Origin: a virus
Strand: one strand, 5' to 3'
Virus record (IMG/VR): IMGVR_UViG_3300022074_000004
Length of the DNA: 64,000 nucleotides
This document shows positions 15,001 to 23,500 of this stretch, piece after piece. Position 1 is the first letter of the stretch. Every line of letters begins with the position of its first letter. The position numbers and the translations under genes were made by a program. Under the pieces are notes generated by a model. It saw only the letters and a list, made by a program, of their open reading frames with translations. It made no database searches and had not been told where the DNA came from.

Positions 15001-17105
15001 TATTCTCCTTTATAGATGCTGCTGCCTTTGAATCTTGTGACACGACTGCAACTGTCCAAGTACCTAGTTCTGATTTTATCGTAAAAGATAAAACTAATAT
15101 CACCCACAATAGTGGAACTGCTGGGGCGTATGCACCACCAGGACTTACAGGTGGAATAGATTTCCCTTCTGGACAGGGAAGTTCAAATGATTCTAATGGA
15201 ATATTTGTATCAGCTTCCCATGACATTACAACTTTTGATGGTGATTTCACTGTTGAATTTTGGTTTAATGCAGATAACTTTGGTCCAGATGCTAACGAAT
15301 ATGGACTCAATGCAATGGTATTACTTGATGGCAGACCACATAATGGAAATGGAGCTCAGAATCTTGGTTCAATATATGCTAACGCTAGCGGCAGTGGTCA
15401 AAGTAATTTCACCCTGAGATATCATGCAAATGGTTCTGATGACATTAGCGGAAATATCAGTATGAGTTGTGGTACATGGAATCATGTTGCTCTTGTAAGA
15501 CATAATGGAGTGATAACTCTATATGTTAATGGAACTGCTGATGGCACACATAATGAATCCCAATCAATAGTTACTAATCCTGATAGACCATATATTGGTG
15601 CTTGGGGTTACGTTGAGGGAATCAACACTTTTGCATTTGATGGCAAGATATCAAACGTCAGAATTGGAACTACTGCGGTTTATACTTCTAATTTTACTCC
15701 ACCAACTTCAAATCTTTCTGTAATTGCTGGTACAACGTTCTTAGGACTTCAGTCCACTTCAAGTGCAAATGCATATCAATATGCACAAGGTACTACAGTG
15801 GACGGGTTAGGATTCAGTATATCAATTGTTCATGATTATGATGGCAATACTGAAGATAACAGTCGTTTTGATAGCAACCTTGCAGTTGTTGGTAAAGAAG
15901 CAAGTGATGTCCCAGGACTTGTATTTGCTATAACTAAGACCGACCACTACCCAGATAGTATGAGAAGTGCCGGTGTGTATAAGTCAACAGATTATGGAAT
16001 GAATTGGTATCATATACGTGGAGAAGCGGAAGACTTAACAGTATCAATGTATTCTGTTCCTGAATATATTGGTGGTGGTAGAGTACTTACCGGTACTGCT
16101 GTTAGGAATAGTGGATTTGCAAACGCTCGTAATGCTTTAGGTGGTCAAATCTTAATCTCTGATCCTTTCCTTGATAGTGCAAATGATCCCGCTTCACATG
16201 TTTCCATTGATTCTATGGGTGGCGATAGATCTATCTTGATTGATCTTGGTGCTGATAATGTTGCTGGACCAGGAGATGATGTATTCATCCAATTCAGTGC
16301 TCCTGTTTCAGAGGCATCTGGTATGGAAGGCAAGTTAGGTTTCTATGATAAGGATGGTCTTGAAATTATCTCTGGACCACATGCTGATGGTACAACTGAA
16401 ATTAAGATTGCGAATTCTGTTGGTGGTACTATCACTGATTACCAAGCAACACTTCATCAACCTGGTTCATATGTTTACAATAGCAATACCGTGACCGCTA
16501 GCGCCCAAGCGGGAGCAGTTACTACTGGTCTGAGTGATATTAAGCATATTACTGATGGTAGTATTCAGACCTATTGGGAAACATATGGTTTCTATGGCGC
16601 TTCTTCTGCACAAGAATGGGTTGCTTTTGGAAATCCAATTGATGCTACAAGTGATACAATTTCTCTCTATATTTCCTTCACTTATGCAAATTATGTGAAT
16701 AATCCAAATAGTGTAAATGTATTCCTTGAATTTGATGACGGATCACAAGAGAATAAGCTAATAACTAAGGATGCGACAACTGGTAACTTCGATCAGCAGG
16801 AGTTTAAGTGGATCCCTGATAAAATTGATATCTCCGTAACTGGAGCAACTGGAAAGAAAATCACTAAGATTGGATTCTGGGGTTCTAATTTCGCCGACAA
16901 TGTCAGGTTATGGGCGATTGAAATGGATGGTGGAATTGTTGGTAATGTATCTGGCGCTGCTCCAGATTCTTCATACGGTCCAGCACTCATTCAAGAGAAA
17001 GTATTGAGGTTGGATATTATGGAGACCACTAGAGGCGTTAGATATATTAAGATGCCAGTGATCAGTGCTCAATCCATTGAAAAGGTTATGAAGCACAAAT
17101 TGTAA
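9..17105 (+). CDS. Giant virion structural / tail-fibre-like protein (>=5698 aa), probably 5'-truncated by the window
   Basis: Uninterrupted ORF whose frame stays open to the window edge (GAT GAT before ATG at 9). FG-GAP-like repeats (FGxSV...IVGSP/GAP), five Asp-boxes (SDDNGKTW, SDDYGLTW, STDYGETW, SSDDGVTW, STDYGMNW), LamG-like domain (DFTVEFWF...WNHVALVR...FDGKISNVRI), cupredoxin-like CHNHSGMG module, ~18 G[YH]YPLY repeats. Confidence 0.85.
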   Translation: MLPRDYSGTVHLYDENQNLLHSFVDPDRDAARTVAHGEAVNFGAAVAIGEGIIAISSTKQDRSKIKDASLYSIPITTDTEDKAFGVVHVFDSNTYQHLYSLVDKFTEGDNQSYVDEAAQKNYTSPHTDFHAGSYGSGIAIGNGRLIIGDCNAQVHPNANYDWNPSNQGDLGHRGINRGAIHIYDLTKSTPAEIQDSEVTIVRPAHTEYQPTFGVDRSMKVIDGKLIVGDYAYGSMYWSYSNYQPTSYRTGGIYEGDSKIFFYDLTTGELIRTIRPYDIEEEYLQEGYVNWTISWPTSYYPYIRAGKEIISCGEYIGIYADQAFDRGANVGSNSGGVGPWMSRRRMGAVYLYDTEGNYVRTIRRQWRFSNNDSAYEDEYATNPSGFAEYDYTDIDHGETIYKNAQGGAMDQAFASTSVACFGNTLYFGCPYFPAMKQGHNYNASTKSSWSVWSVGAVEMYDLDTSLETGVLYANVPEQKTQYGMTVTVGNGKLLVTTRDPSEQRYSANSTGFLNISSLGASVFAYDIDNDATSETGPFAVNGYYPLYNTKKYASAASTTNKCAEITLGGVVYYRPHSDGINVAPALASGQGWLGRNASPTGWTFNGDGTATSGGTWELQTPRTSNVGILDPNTEYTITLVVDSIASGQFMSAAFSRTHSQTNNIIWNEIGSKNIFSPGTYTATATPGGNLDGFVLASYHYASALNATISKLEIVGPPPASPSAWDGDYTESSETGPFAITSNVTYQPNVQVIGSLTGTLQGTELFDGGNNYFNAQDGNYEVHDGAGISFTPLTITSKLELGSVLGGDEIQLVLNAGLPSEVLIPGDVTPRQMLDLDLTQYITLPYVLESISWKTSYGQQWQGGGVLIASITIDDVVVDQNYSFQKNFYPLYLTERAAYRASVAVDEAVSTIYEVKVRYDADLGANKFTFNPDNIVDNDESLDLNKKYDLQLVRGKRYRFDQQDGQGDNNQNSNNNHPLRFAFSEDGHDHVPFATYDTYRDSVLGSDTETPYGAQLAELYIPFDCPDVIYSKCHNHSGMGHAITIVDPEVISADKKVLNDVVYFAPKNIKYYDDFVDVPTSEVGPTAVNGHYPLYTTYAGALAASLNDAKPVLFNTPDTDDINYYVPGGIGASRLYGTFGFKDLDSLGEKTSYTSETAVQREGNSDQHVFGYGNYNGTSSDNVYYNGEDRSWVYPTRKRFNSAVNSKYIVCADRQLYNYTVDAYDAYGQSGGQILFYDKQTHEYLGHFHPYQNFRDYFGTIGGSSTYKREIAFGMGLAMNEKWLAVGGPGMLAVDLSAGYGSANNTMSGSYHRVGAVVVYDITKPTIDEIYNSAILIVPDEENGFWADQYGGRPIRFGFSVDLDGDRLIVGSPQSSSQNYDSTATGSGNNRLEYYGRSHLYTLDPVSNTATFDKHLDVPFYSNRHNVEITVHDNSGELAWMRGRGYEPNFTKNQAYGTEVAFGDNYIAVSGIASDYQTAYRYDNSKVAIFDKQGNYLHTLTPRQMISQGTEFGCKMIWHGDILFIGAPRDNTFHEINYDEILNGRGAIYIYDYGRSPNPMGDEIILRPGRKSHRPYIAYNYNSSDNDLFGESFAVNDGYLYVTQSFTYERFVYVFKLSDILGHKGRLFAENFATIPVKERGATGINSDFINSSYERAPIVCADNESLSVITYHSQIRLNIWNIGISAEDQILNLSGYYPLYEFKHLAAAESSDGSTTAVDIDGSTYYQPANANYTVFSGGYTLGAASPVAVDGHYPLFESKLDAEFHDPAGESVEFVSSTGFLYYKMSAPTVTTWEGDYDPATSETGPLDIGWNYPLYLTANGAIAASGDNSATTLDVEGTTYYYPGGVFGSNDGSYLVNENNFTQSKLGHLTQYSHNLDGTLVDDPENIYYQFGRTIAATDTYIAVAAPMSQKKIHADDGYNSAPRGTIRVYKYNPDGEDTFITKIVSDAVNTANYYWSYTGQEGMYVSEDGYLYISTYLGNSFTWNGVNYPAGDAIIEFDLNSEDPATIQASEHIYQPQNTNVWTEGTDGYRETYAHGYGGSFSNTQLLLGRAASYDGEYTRNIVVKGNRLFVGAPQSNSYYGTVYIWDRTTKNEIQPIAHAPQDPGGQYGTQRYFGEFLCITDTHLLVHATSNSYSQSGVFAYKLDTLEEDYRLMPNDTISTDFRNEHLLPKGIYWGDYQSMVGRFMQVDNGYLYLATAGQGSNMWMARWKLRDTTENFSGKMPDKVYFFSDLPEVPLDAQNTSSNMRWPKNTVIKNGHMLIGKDSHDSAADWERVWLANLEDDDLSTATILKSPHTFDGTTSFGRYGSLAISNRKTYIGALGAYYKNDDTTTYSGNVYVANLYDVSLMALPVEDSGYYPLYKGEEYATQSGLGTGIPVVYGGKKYYRPNFNAAPALEDGQGWLGKNTDPTDWTFNGDGTATSGGNWYLQTPRTDNVGILDPNKEYTITLVVDSISSGFIKAAFSRDHSFSNQIKWDQLPLHVNISSPGTYTATVTPGSNFDGFVIGSHHYSTALDATISKLEIAEAPSYTTWDGDYTIDQDAPRAVDGHYPVYLTIKEAVLSSPSSEYSVLNGTDGVTYFKPTGTASFDSGVTNENISTHETGPSVIGNSYPMYITHLASNNESAARGGSGLSLRIAVDGVMYYMPIGVNYQTWIAGDFTSSEAIVVNTDGTVDASTGTYPLYTSRFAAENVSWGTGQVQEFEYGGVVYFMPSGTNVTTFTGNTYSEDATFEMPGLNPGTPDVVVPELTHTSMTLLDAAYYEKWSDKQNLYQLEVTHLSDGSLHIKNTSGRSGYIATKVVGSFDGAYLEIGKTYRLKLSASASYATTFFMTRATNAYGHEVYDGGHFDTYAEVAIPADGQSHDFEVDFVADYEYANIRLLQQSAFKEVTIHNIEIIEPGTPADPPIQQPFTKPISVNGYYPLYLTEAHAKLGGNGNIKEIKTLDFTNPTSGNAQTTFFIPNGVRTWEGDYDLATSDIEKLTISGYYPLFYTEAGAEAESPTNSAMTHEVGGLTYFMPHDTFYKTYHGELGLLTTSKQVISTQKQIEFPAEVSDLSGDYPQISVGKDFIAYSQEDQTNEKVFIFSIDGTYQFALDKTELNDSNYSTYTSSGNQYNYWGNAITFGRDESGSATNELYVGEPGNNNSGTQGRVHKFVISSDKQTTYDSVATANNATYTTQQDWNFKMLGSRMTISEKGNYLLLGSYTNYAKHRVLKTSDMTELYSVSNDWSSSYHETLYISEEQDLFLIGMPRRNNYRGQINVYRLSDGTRLGTVMGVNNWRYFGQGSMFVRGNYIINFHNNYMSLCSLETFTVVDTKSYSGEEIYSSSRNTTFYVEDDEANSGNGVFQGTMWMGNYYDYAHFIDPPEASSSGQWGSILKYQWKLDTNTSSSYMYSHTPVWVHDVHNVDRHDALKKINVFSKSQGSNNGSFGNGRSWDLNSAKDTVIAMAKNKDLYQYKYRAVNELPIAKNGYYPLYEIESIANKYSGDGTSTLVNVAVQPEIIDYENDFTSDQNSYGYVSNDWGSSSVRVHDTTEGCLSITDSSSGSSYYLTNLPQDQLYTLEVEVEQTEGAEAQVHTYLLNESGSSGGSHAPRTFYYSGAGRRKFTLEVKTIRNGSSIQFMLKNNNGSGDGTVKLHYIKVSHLDTTQPPVNDYYYYPNNVTYQTWTPKWHEESEKWWVPLAPRYGSQITTYNHPVRMHYAEEHAESGPNAVGGNYPLYDTINGAFDGSKSGYFGAFPNLQSDVAEVEISGVTYFQPTGVSTWSGDYFESGSYDPSPEVIGSFNTRPENLFSNGNFGGWLTAHKQGASFSPITINSSLVINNYTPQGSSGYGLTFNYGLSSEVVIPGPTVRARQDYDVSQYLTFPFVLENIVFTFRDGGKSQTIGNITVDGVLVDDTYGTPASDAAIAAALPQLVNGYYPVYLAEKFAIEESEVYNTGSGSATPYVVNNLLYYMPDNVPYTTWTGDYSDNTPLSIDGYYPLYRSELASNAQSTELGGDGTSVAYTLSDGTMYFMPGLVTSTTWTGDFDAATVDVLPSNINGYFPMYYTSNAAAAAGWGGVSTVNISGVTYFYPTMGPATWFGDFDPATADLVPEDIQGYYPLYKTAAGAGSGYEKLVFETGIRYLKVDGNEYRGSYNRYTWDEMLATEKVFARSTDKDGLRIYGANTIATGGGRILVSSYDRRCEMYDMDGQLLYNIISPIQNPSDFGSGGTNCLISGDMAAIADKSFSYGGQSNCGAVYLFPLYSTPEGYTEEDRPGGGRGTPSGYTHPHKTYGGLPREHVVLKSPEGPINQEQFGLSMAAGHGLLAVGCSPNAASTVVSGQRGRIYFFDLKTGEYKFTIRKGGSDDYSYFGSNAFSIAIGSNMIAVGHQRGGYYYGLVYIYDLEGNYIAKLAQPQTGAQQWSDFGFHLSLTPEYLMVGAKTSTVSTSSQGVVYYFKISDILSGDYKCPNGPSNYWTGRGYEPTHPIAKTDAVDYPDDRIGNASMITTNDKGYSGLRSNDAATWVVGAYGRIFLGAHSHDRYLSHDGVESAGNDYGAVFSVDLEEFDGSTLPSATANSDHTSNWDKIHADRSQQAYSYLGNVFAHDNILFISASYGQNPNSTDRGIVKMYKLAPGAVEGNITEDISVSEVTSNADAQNVSSMGLDQYPQVGALLHSGDSAPIGVSDTLTTLTDPAIEAIGAEWQTISTQFVERIADIENLGNGVLLAGGGDYGQHHTSTTTDRNWNTHSRKLFRSDDNGKTWTISDPARAFEPFFSDESVGTFGSTGNNSYHHERESDTYHSICNLGGGKVLVSVGTNGHHGDQYFIPYILKSDDYGLTWTETHPFANPNHLHEDQSYYNEHYVYPERIFGISCMTHIGGGVVLAGGGVEFMTSGYTGDLRGQLSRSTDYGETWTKVRYLPSTPQLQGNDIFFIEKLSNGNTYIGVNYISHTKLFKSSDDGVTWERLTSWPEPFYMPQNNGNMQVRLITGVTELSNGRVLVSGGSPIGDTTTSFGGIFSFIDAAAFESCDTTATVQVPSSDFIVKDKTNITHNSGTAGAYAPPGLTGGIDFPSGQGSSNDSNGIFVSASHDITTFDGDFTVEFWFNADNFGPDANEYGLNAMVLLDGRPHNGNGAQNLGSIYANASGSGQSNFTLRYHANGSDDISGNISMSCGTWNHVALVRHNGVITLYVNGTADGTHNESQSIVTNPDRPYIGAWGYVEGINTFAFDGKISNVRIGTTAVYTSNFTPPTSNLSVIAGTTFLGLQSTSSANAYQYAQGTTVDGLGFSISIVHDYDGNTEDNSRFDSNLAVVGKEASDVPGLVFAITKTDHYPDSMRSAGVYKSTDYGMNWYHIRGEAEDLTVSMYSVPEYIGGGRVLTGTAVRNSGFANARNALGGQILISDPFLDSANDPASHVSIDSMGGDRSILIDLGADNVAGPGDDVFIQFSAPVSEASGMEGKLGFYDKDGLEIISGPHADGTTEIKIANSVGGTITDYQATLHQPGSYVYNSNTVTASAQAGAVTTGLSDIKHITDGSIQTYWETYGFYGASSAQEWVAFGNPIDATSDTISLYISFTYANYVNNPNSVNVFLEFDDGSQENKLITKDATTGNFDQQEFKWIPDKIDISVTGATGKKITKIGFWGSNFADNVRLWAIEMDGGIVGNVSGAAPDSSYGPALIQEKVLRLDIMETTRGVRYIKMPVISAQSIEKVMKHKL
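1752..2145 (+). repeat. Intragenic ~394-bp duplication, copy 1 (partner 7191-7584)
   Basis: APALASGQGWLG...ATISKLEI vs APALEDGQGWLG...ATISKLEI, with long identical DNA runs. Confidence 0.95.
7191..7584 (+). repeat. Intragenic ~394-bp duplication, copy 2 (partner 1752-2145)
   Basis: Direct sequence similarity to 1752-2145. Confidence 0.95.
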
Positions 17106-17125
17106 ATCTAATTGATTTTTTCTTC

Positions 17126-17156
17126 TCCCCTCTCCTCTCGGAGGGGGGATTTTTTT
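17126..17156 (+). terminator. Rho-independent terminator
   Basis: tcccctctcc-tctc-ggagggggga hairpin followed by a T7 run, just after the giant ORF stop. Confidence 0.9.
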
Positions 17157-17194
17157 ATGTTTTGTAGCATCAGATTTATCTAAATATCTAGGTA

Positions 17195-17521
17195 ATGCCT
17201 AGTAAAAAATTAACGAAAATGGCAATTAAAGTAAAGGGTAATCAGATAATTGATAATAGTGAAAATATCAATATTTCTGGTGTTTGCACGGCTATGGAAT
17301 ATCATGGAGATGGTTCCAATTTGACTGGAATCTCCGCTGGTATTGGTCCAAATGATAATGTTAATACAACGGGAATAATTACTGCATCTTCATTTAGAGG
17401 GGACGGATCACAACTAAACGGTGTTGCAGCTAGTATTCCATATCAAATTCATATTTCCCCAAATGATCCTTCCAATGCTCTTGGTAGTGATAATGATCTT
17501 TGGATTAAATACGAAGCCTGA
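17195..17521 (+). CDS. Small tail-fibre-associated structural protein (108 aa; start may be 17219)
   Basis: Two TAxxF/YxGDGSxLxG motifs and VNTTGIITA, typical of cyanophage fibre proteins; C-terminal PS...GSDNDLWIKY; CTAAATA late-promoter-like motif just upstream. Confidence 0.75.
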   Translation: MPSKKLTKMAIKVKGNQIIDNSENINISGVCTAMEYHGDGSNLTGISAGIGPNDNVNTTGIITASSFRGDGSQLNGVAASIPYQIHISPNDPSNALGSDNDLWIKYEA

Positions 17522-17566
17522 TCTTCGTAATATATAAACAAATTTCAAACCAGGAGACTAATAAAA

Positions 17567-20500
17567 ATGACAAGTTCATATGAAAATCTACCACCAACTA
17601 GTGACTTGGTAGATGATTCAGATGTTATGTTTATGCTTGGAACCAGCACACAGACTGCGCTTCCAGATGCATATGGCTCTATGGCAATTGAGAGTGTTGG
17701 TAATGTTTCTGTAGAAACCGATAGTCCATTCTCAAGTGCAGGACGTTATATTGGATCTTTAACTAGACCAGAGGATATTCTGTCTTTTGATTCTGGTTTT
17801 GGTAAAATTGTTTTGGGAACAGATGGTTCTGCCCATATATACAATTCTACACTTTCTCATGAGACTAGTGTAAGTCCTTCTGATTCTACTTCAGGATTTG
17901 GTAAGAAGATTGTAATAGCATATGATAGAATATATGTTGGTGCAGACTCTTCTATTTTCATCTACAATTTGGATGGAACTGGAGAACAAAAAATATCAGA
18001 GACTGGAATTGGTGCCAACTTCGTGGTGCAGTCTGATAGAATTCTTGCTCCAGTAGTAGGAGGAAATGTTTCACACATATATCATATTGATGGGTCTAAT
18101 AAAGTCTCAACTTCTGCTTTTACTAATGCAACCAGTGATTATGGTGCATATGGTCTCGGAGTTTGTGAAGCTTCAAATGGGTCGTATAAATTTGCATATG
18201 TTGGGGATCCTGGTTATAACGGTGACAGAGGTGCTGTTTTAGCAATTAATTTAGAGATATATTCAAGTCCGTATTCAACTTTAATCACGGGAGAGGTCAG
18301 TAATCAGCTGGGTATTAATATTCCTGATATTAGAAATTCAGGTTCTAATTGGAATGGACGTATAGGATCCGCTGGTGGCTATCTCCCGCAGGGTAGTAGA
18401 TTTGGTACTGTTATTGCATGTGAGGACTTTGCTGGAGTTTATGGAAACTCTACTGGATTTGTTGCAATTAGTGCTCCTTTTGCAAACTCCATGTACGATT
18501 ATGATCATGGCGATGATTGGGATTATGATACGCAAATGCCTTGGGGGAAAACTGACGCTACTAGACTTTACAAAGGTTGCGTATTTTATTTCAAAACTGA
18601 AGCTGGCTACACCAATACCAATAGAGATAGAATTGGATTTAAAACCCAATCCAATCAAAGCAATTTTGTTATCTCATCGGTTGGTCATGTAAACAAAGTA
18701 AGTCAGATTTCGTCACATGTTGACTATCATAGCTTTGGTGAGTCCATGGCATATAGAGATGGTAAATTGATAGTTGGTGCTCCTTATGATGGAGAAGCTG
18801 GTGCAAGAGCTGGTGCGGTCTTCGTATTTGATACAGAAGCCGAAACCATGGATGTATCCTCACGACCAGCTACTGAAAGTGAAGAATATCATTTAAAGTA
18901 TAACCCAGTTCGTTTCGTAAATAAATTTGTTGGGGACGAATTTGATAATACCACTGAGAATTATGGACTTTCTGTTGCTGTTGGTGGAGAGTTAATGCTA
19001 TCAAAGGGTAGTGATAATAATGTTTATGTTCATTCAACTGAGGGATTCTTTGCAAAAGATTGGTATGGAAATTATGTACCAAGTGATGAGAAGGTAGTAG
19101 AGGCAGATTCTGGTAGATCTGTAGGGGCTGTAAATGACTCTGAAGCTGGAACTGCTGTATCTGCAACCGATACTAAATTGTTCCTGTCTGTTCCAAAACA
19201 TAATGAAACTGGTGGAGTTCATGTTTTTAATTTTTATAAATCTTTAAATGTATCGGAAGTAATCACTATTCCATATGCTGGAAGTGCATATGATCCAATG
19301 GATATAGATAGTGACAATGATTTAGTGGCAACTGTTGATTCGTCTGGTGCAATAACATTAACTGCATTATCAACAGGAGTGGTACAAACAACCATTAATT
19401 CTGGTGTATCTTCTCCCATAGAAATTTCTATAGGTAGTGGCAGAGTTGCACTTACAAATTCTTCTGGATTAGTAAAGGTATATAATACTAATGGATCTTT
19501 TGTAAAAGATCTTTCCGATGGAAATTCAGGTTCTGATGTAAAGATTTCAATAGATGGATATATTGGTACATCTTCTAAAACTGAAGGAACTGCACATATA
19601 TTTGATTTAGATGGAACAAAATCGACTACTTTTACTAGTGTCGGTGGAGATGATATAAAATTAACTGACAGTCATATTTTCATTGCAGATTCATCTGCAA
19701 ATAGTATTCATCAATATAATAAAGATGGTTCATGGGGACTTGTTAGAACAATTACAAATGCTGAGCAAGATTTTGGTAAAAGCGTTGATGCAAATAGCTC
19801 TTATTTAGTTTCTGTAGCTAATAGCATCCTTTTTGTGTATGCACTTTCTGATGGATCACTTGTAAGCTCAACTACAGTGTCGCCATCATCACAAGTATAT
19901 TCCGATAATGGTGTTTCTCAAGCCGAAGCATTAGCCTCTGATTATACCACTAGTACTCCAGTAACATTAACTGCTTCTGCTGGAAAAATAGAAATCGATA
20001 TATTGAGTGCCCCAGTTGGAGAATTTTCCGGACCAACTGGAGCTAATGTTGACCCAGTTGATATCGGTGCAGGGATTAATGGAATTCCTGATATTTCAGC
20101 AGTTGATTCATCTTACAAAGATAGTAATGGAGATTTACTTCACAATACGCATTCCTTCATTGGATTTGATGAATCGGTAAAAATAAATGCTTCAGATAAT
20201 ATAACTCTTGATGCTTCTACCGGATCAATTGTTTATAGCTCATTAGGTGCCGCATACTTTGATCCAAAGATGGAATTTGGCAAGGTATATAAGGTTACTG
20301 TTGATGTGGAAAGAATGGATTCCACTGTTGAGATGAAAACATGTGACGTTACAGGAGTTACACAGGGAGCATCTTCCAAGCTTGCTATTGGTCCTGCTGG
20401 AAAAACAACTGGTTTAATTACTCCACCGAGTGCTGATCAAACATATTTGGCAATTGACAATATATCTGCATTTGATCCAAATAATGTAACTGCCACTGTT

Positions 20501-23500
20501 AATAATGATATCAATACTGCATATTCAATCAGCTTAAGAAATTCATCACACACCCACATTGGAGGTGGATATGTGTGGGAAGTTACAAATATTAATGCAT
20601 GCGAAAGAACGGTAGATGGCTCAGGTAATTGGATTCCTAAACTGTCTGAGATTGTTAAAAAAGATACAAGTGGAAATGTTTTATTAACTATTCCAAACCC
20701 AACATCAGCACAAGCATTATATACTTTTAATAGTTGGAATAATACCACTTTTAAGACTGAATCTGACTATGGTTTAAGTCTTTTCGGTAATAAAATGAAG
20801 TTCTGGTCTGGTGGATTTATCACCGAATGTCTTAATGATGGCTCATATTTTGATGGTGGTTGTTTAATCGCTTATGATTTTGATGGAAATCAGCTGTGGA
20901 AAAAGAGATATGGTAATGGCACTGCATCAAATGTGATAGACTATGGTAGTAATGTATATCGTCATTTGTGTTCGCACAATATTCATGATATTGATGAAGA
21001 AAATGGCATTGCAGTTGTAAGTTATGCCACGAGTGTATCCCAATCATCGGGGTATGTCTCTGTATATTTCGCTTTCGCTGTCATTGATCTTCAAACTGGT
21101 AATCAATTGGGGAATGCGATAAAATCAAATATTCTATGGTATAGATTCTCCTATAGTAATTATGAAAATTTGGTCAAATTTGCTAAGTGTGCAGATGGCC
21201 ATATTTTAATCAGCCATGGAGTTCGAGGCTATAGTGCTGAACCAGGAACTTTTGAAGTATTTGAGTGGAATAGTGCTACAAATAGTGCGACCACAATACG
21301 GAGAGCTGATAATTCATATGCAAGAAGGGATTTGCTGCCATATGTCTCTACTAGTGCTTCTGCTGAGGAGAAAAATAGACAGGATTATATGGATCCTGAA
21401 ATGACAAACCCACATCATATAAAATATCAGTATGAATATGTTCAACATGCATCGCAATTCTATGGCCAATCAAGAGCAGAATGGGCGATAAGCATGGGTG
21501 GTGGAAGAATTGCAGTTCCTGTTAGAAATGCTTACATTTATGATAATGATCACTCTACACAGACCTCTGTTGATAAAGGTCGTAAGATGCTTTTAATGAC
21601 CTATGATCTAGATCCTGCTAATGATGTATATTTTGAGCATGGCGATACCACCTCAGCATATATTAGGGAACCACTTGGATTTGTTACTAAAGATGGTTTC
21701 TTTGTCAATCCTACTAGTGGAACATCGGACTTCCAGCCTACCAAATATAGCGGTGGGGCCAGGATGAATCACCTGAGTTACATTGAAAATACTAGTGGTT
21801 TCCTATACACCGGTAAAGCCAGTAGCAATACCACATATACTGTATACGACACAGAAACCCTGACAGAACGTGATACTTTTGTATTTAATCCCGCAAATAA
21901 TGATACTCAACTTTCTAGCGGAAGTGTTGATGAGTTCGAGCAATTTTTTGCAAATAGATATATTTTGAAGAGTTATGACCCAACCAATGGTACATGTCTG
22001 TTTACTAACTTAAGTAATGTATATGAGGGCAGAAAAGCAAATCAAGCTGAATTTGTGACTGCTCCAGCCAGTGACACTGGTTACTCGGCTATTACGGGTT
22101 CATATGCAGAACCAAACGTATTGGTTACTATCACTTGCCCACCTCCGGATGATATGGCAAGTACTATTAAGTCAGTGTCCGTTCAAGAATTGCCAGTATC
22201 TACTTCAAGTTCTTACGCTATTGATTTTGCAAATAAGGAATTTTCTCTCGAATTTGATGCAAAAGTTGACGGAGGAATTGATTGGGCAAACTTCGACCCA
22301 AGTATACCCCCACCAACATTAACTCTCAACTGGGGTGTTAGACACTATACAAGATCCTGGTATGCAAACTTCTCAACTGGAGTATCTAAACTTTATTGGG
22401 TTGGTGATGATGGGACTAAAGTCCAAATTAGATCCTATCAGACTAGTTCACAATATCAACCTTGGCAATCTTACAGCGAAGATTTAGGGGCTCTTGGTAT
22501 TTCAGGAACTGGATATTTTGCTATTGGTTTTACTCAACCTCGTAACTACAATTGTGACCCTCAATACGATGGATTCCAGTTGGTAAATGCAGATGGGGAC
22601 ATTGTATACGATTATAAACCACAAAACAGAGGAACGTTTGGAGCAGGTTTGGGATTTAGACAAGCTAATTCTAGTACCAGCAGATATTCTCCTGGCGGCG
22701 GTAATAGTGTAGATGACATTCCAACAAGTTGGAAAACTACTAATCTTGCGCAGGGAAGTAGTTCTGGTACATTTAACTATGATGCTTATGGTACTCCCAC
22801 TTATTACAGCGGACCTTCAGGTAGCCTTATTAGTGGGTCTAATGGATATTATATTTATTTTGAACCTGGATATTATCCACGTTATTCTTCTGGTGGTCAA
22901 TATACATTCTGGTTTAGAACTGAAGGAACTGTTAGCTCGACAGATCCAACTGCAACAAGTTATGTTTTCCCACCAGAACCACATTTCCTTATTGGTGATG
23001 ATAGGGAGAATTCTTCTGATCCTGGATGGGCATTATCTCTTGAGTGGAAAGATAATAGTCAAGATGAAGTTGTAATTTCATATGGATCTTCTGATGAGTT
23101 ACGCATTCCTTTAGGTTTCCATATATTTGACGCAAATCCATCTACTCATACATTTAAGCTTTCACGAGATTCTTATGATGGAGATTTAGTACTTTCTGTT
23201 GATGGATCGCCTGTATATACCGAGCCCTCTCGTGCCAGTGGTGAGAATTCTATTGATTTGCATGCAAGTCGCAATCTGTTCCTTGGTGGATATGATGGTG
23301 AACTGTCAAACTTATCAATCGAATTCCCAGATGGACCTAGAGTAAACAGAACAGCTATTGATCTCGCTGATTCTGCATTCTTGGTTAATGCCGATAATGG
23401 ACCATATATTCATAGAACTAATGATACATCATATTATTATGATATAAATGGAAAGATTAGACATACTTTGATCAGTCAAAGTAAAAACCCATCTTCATAT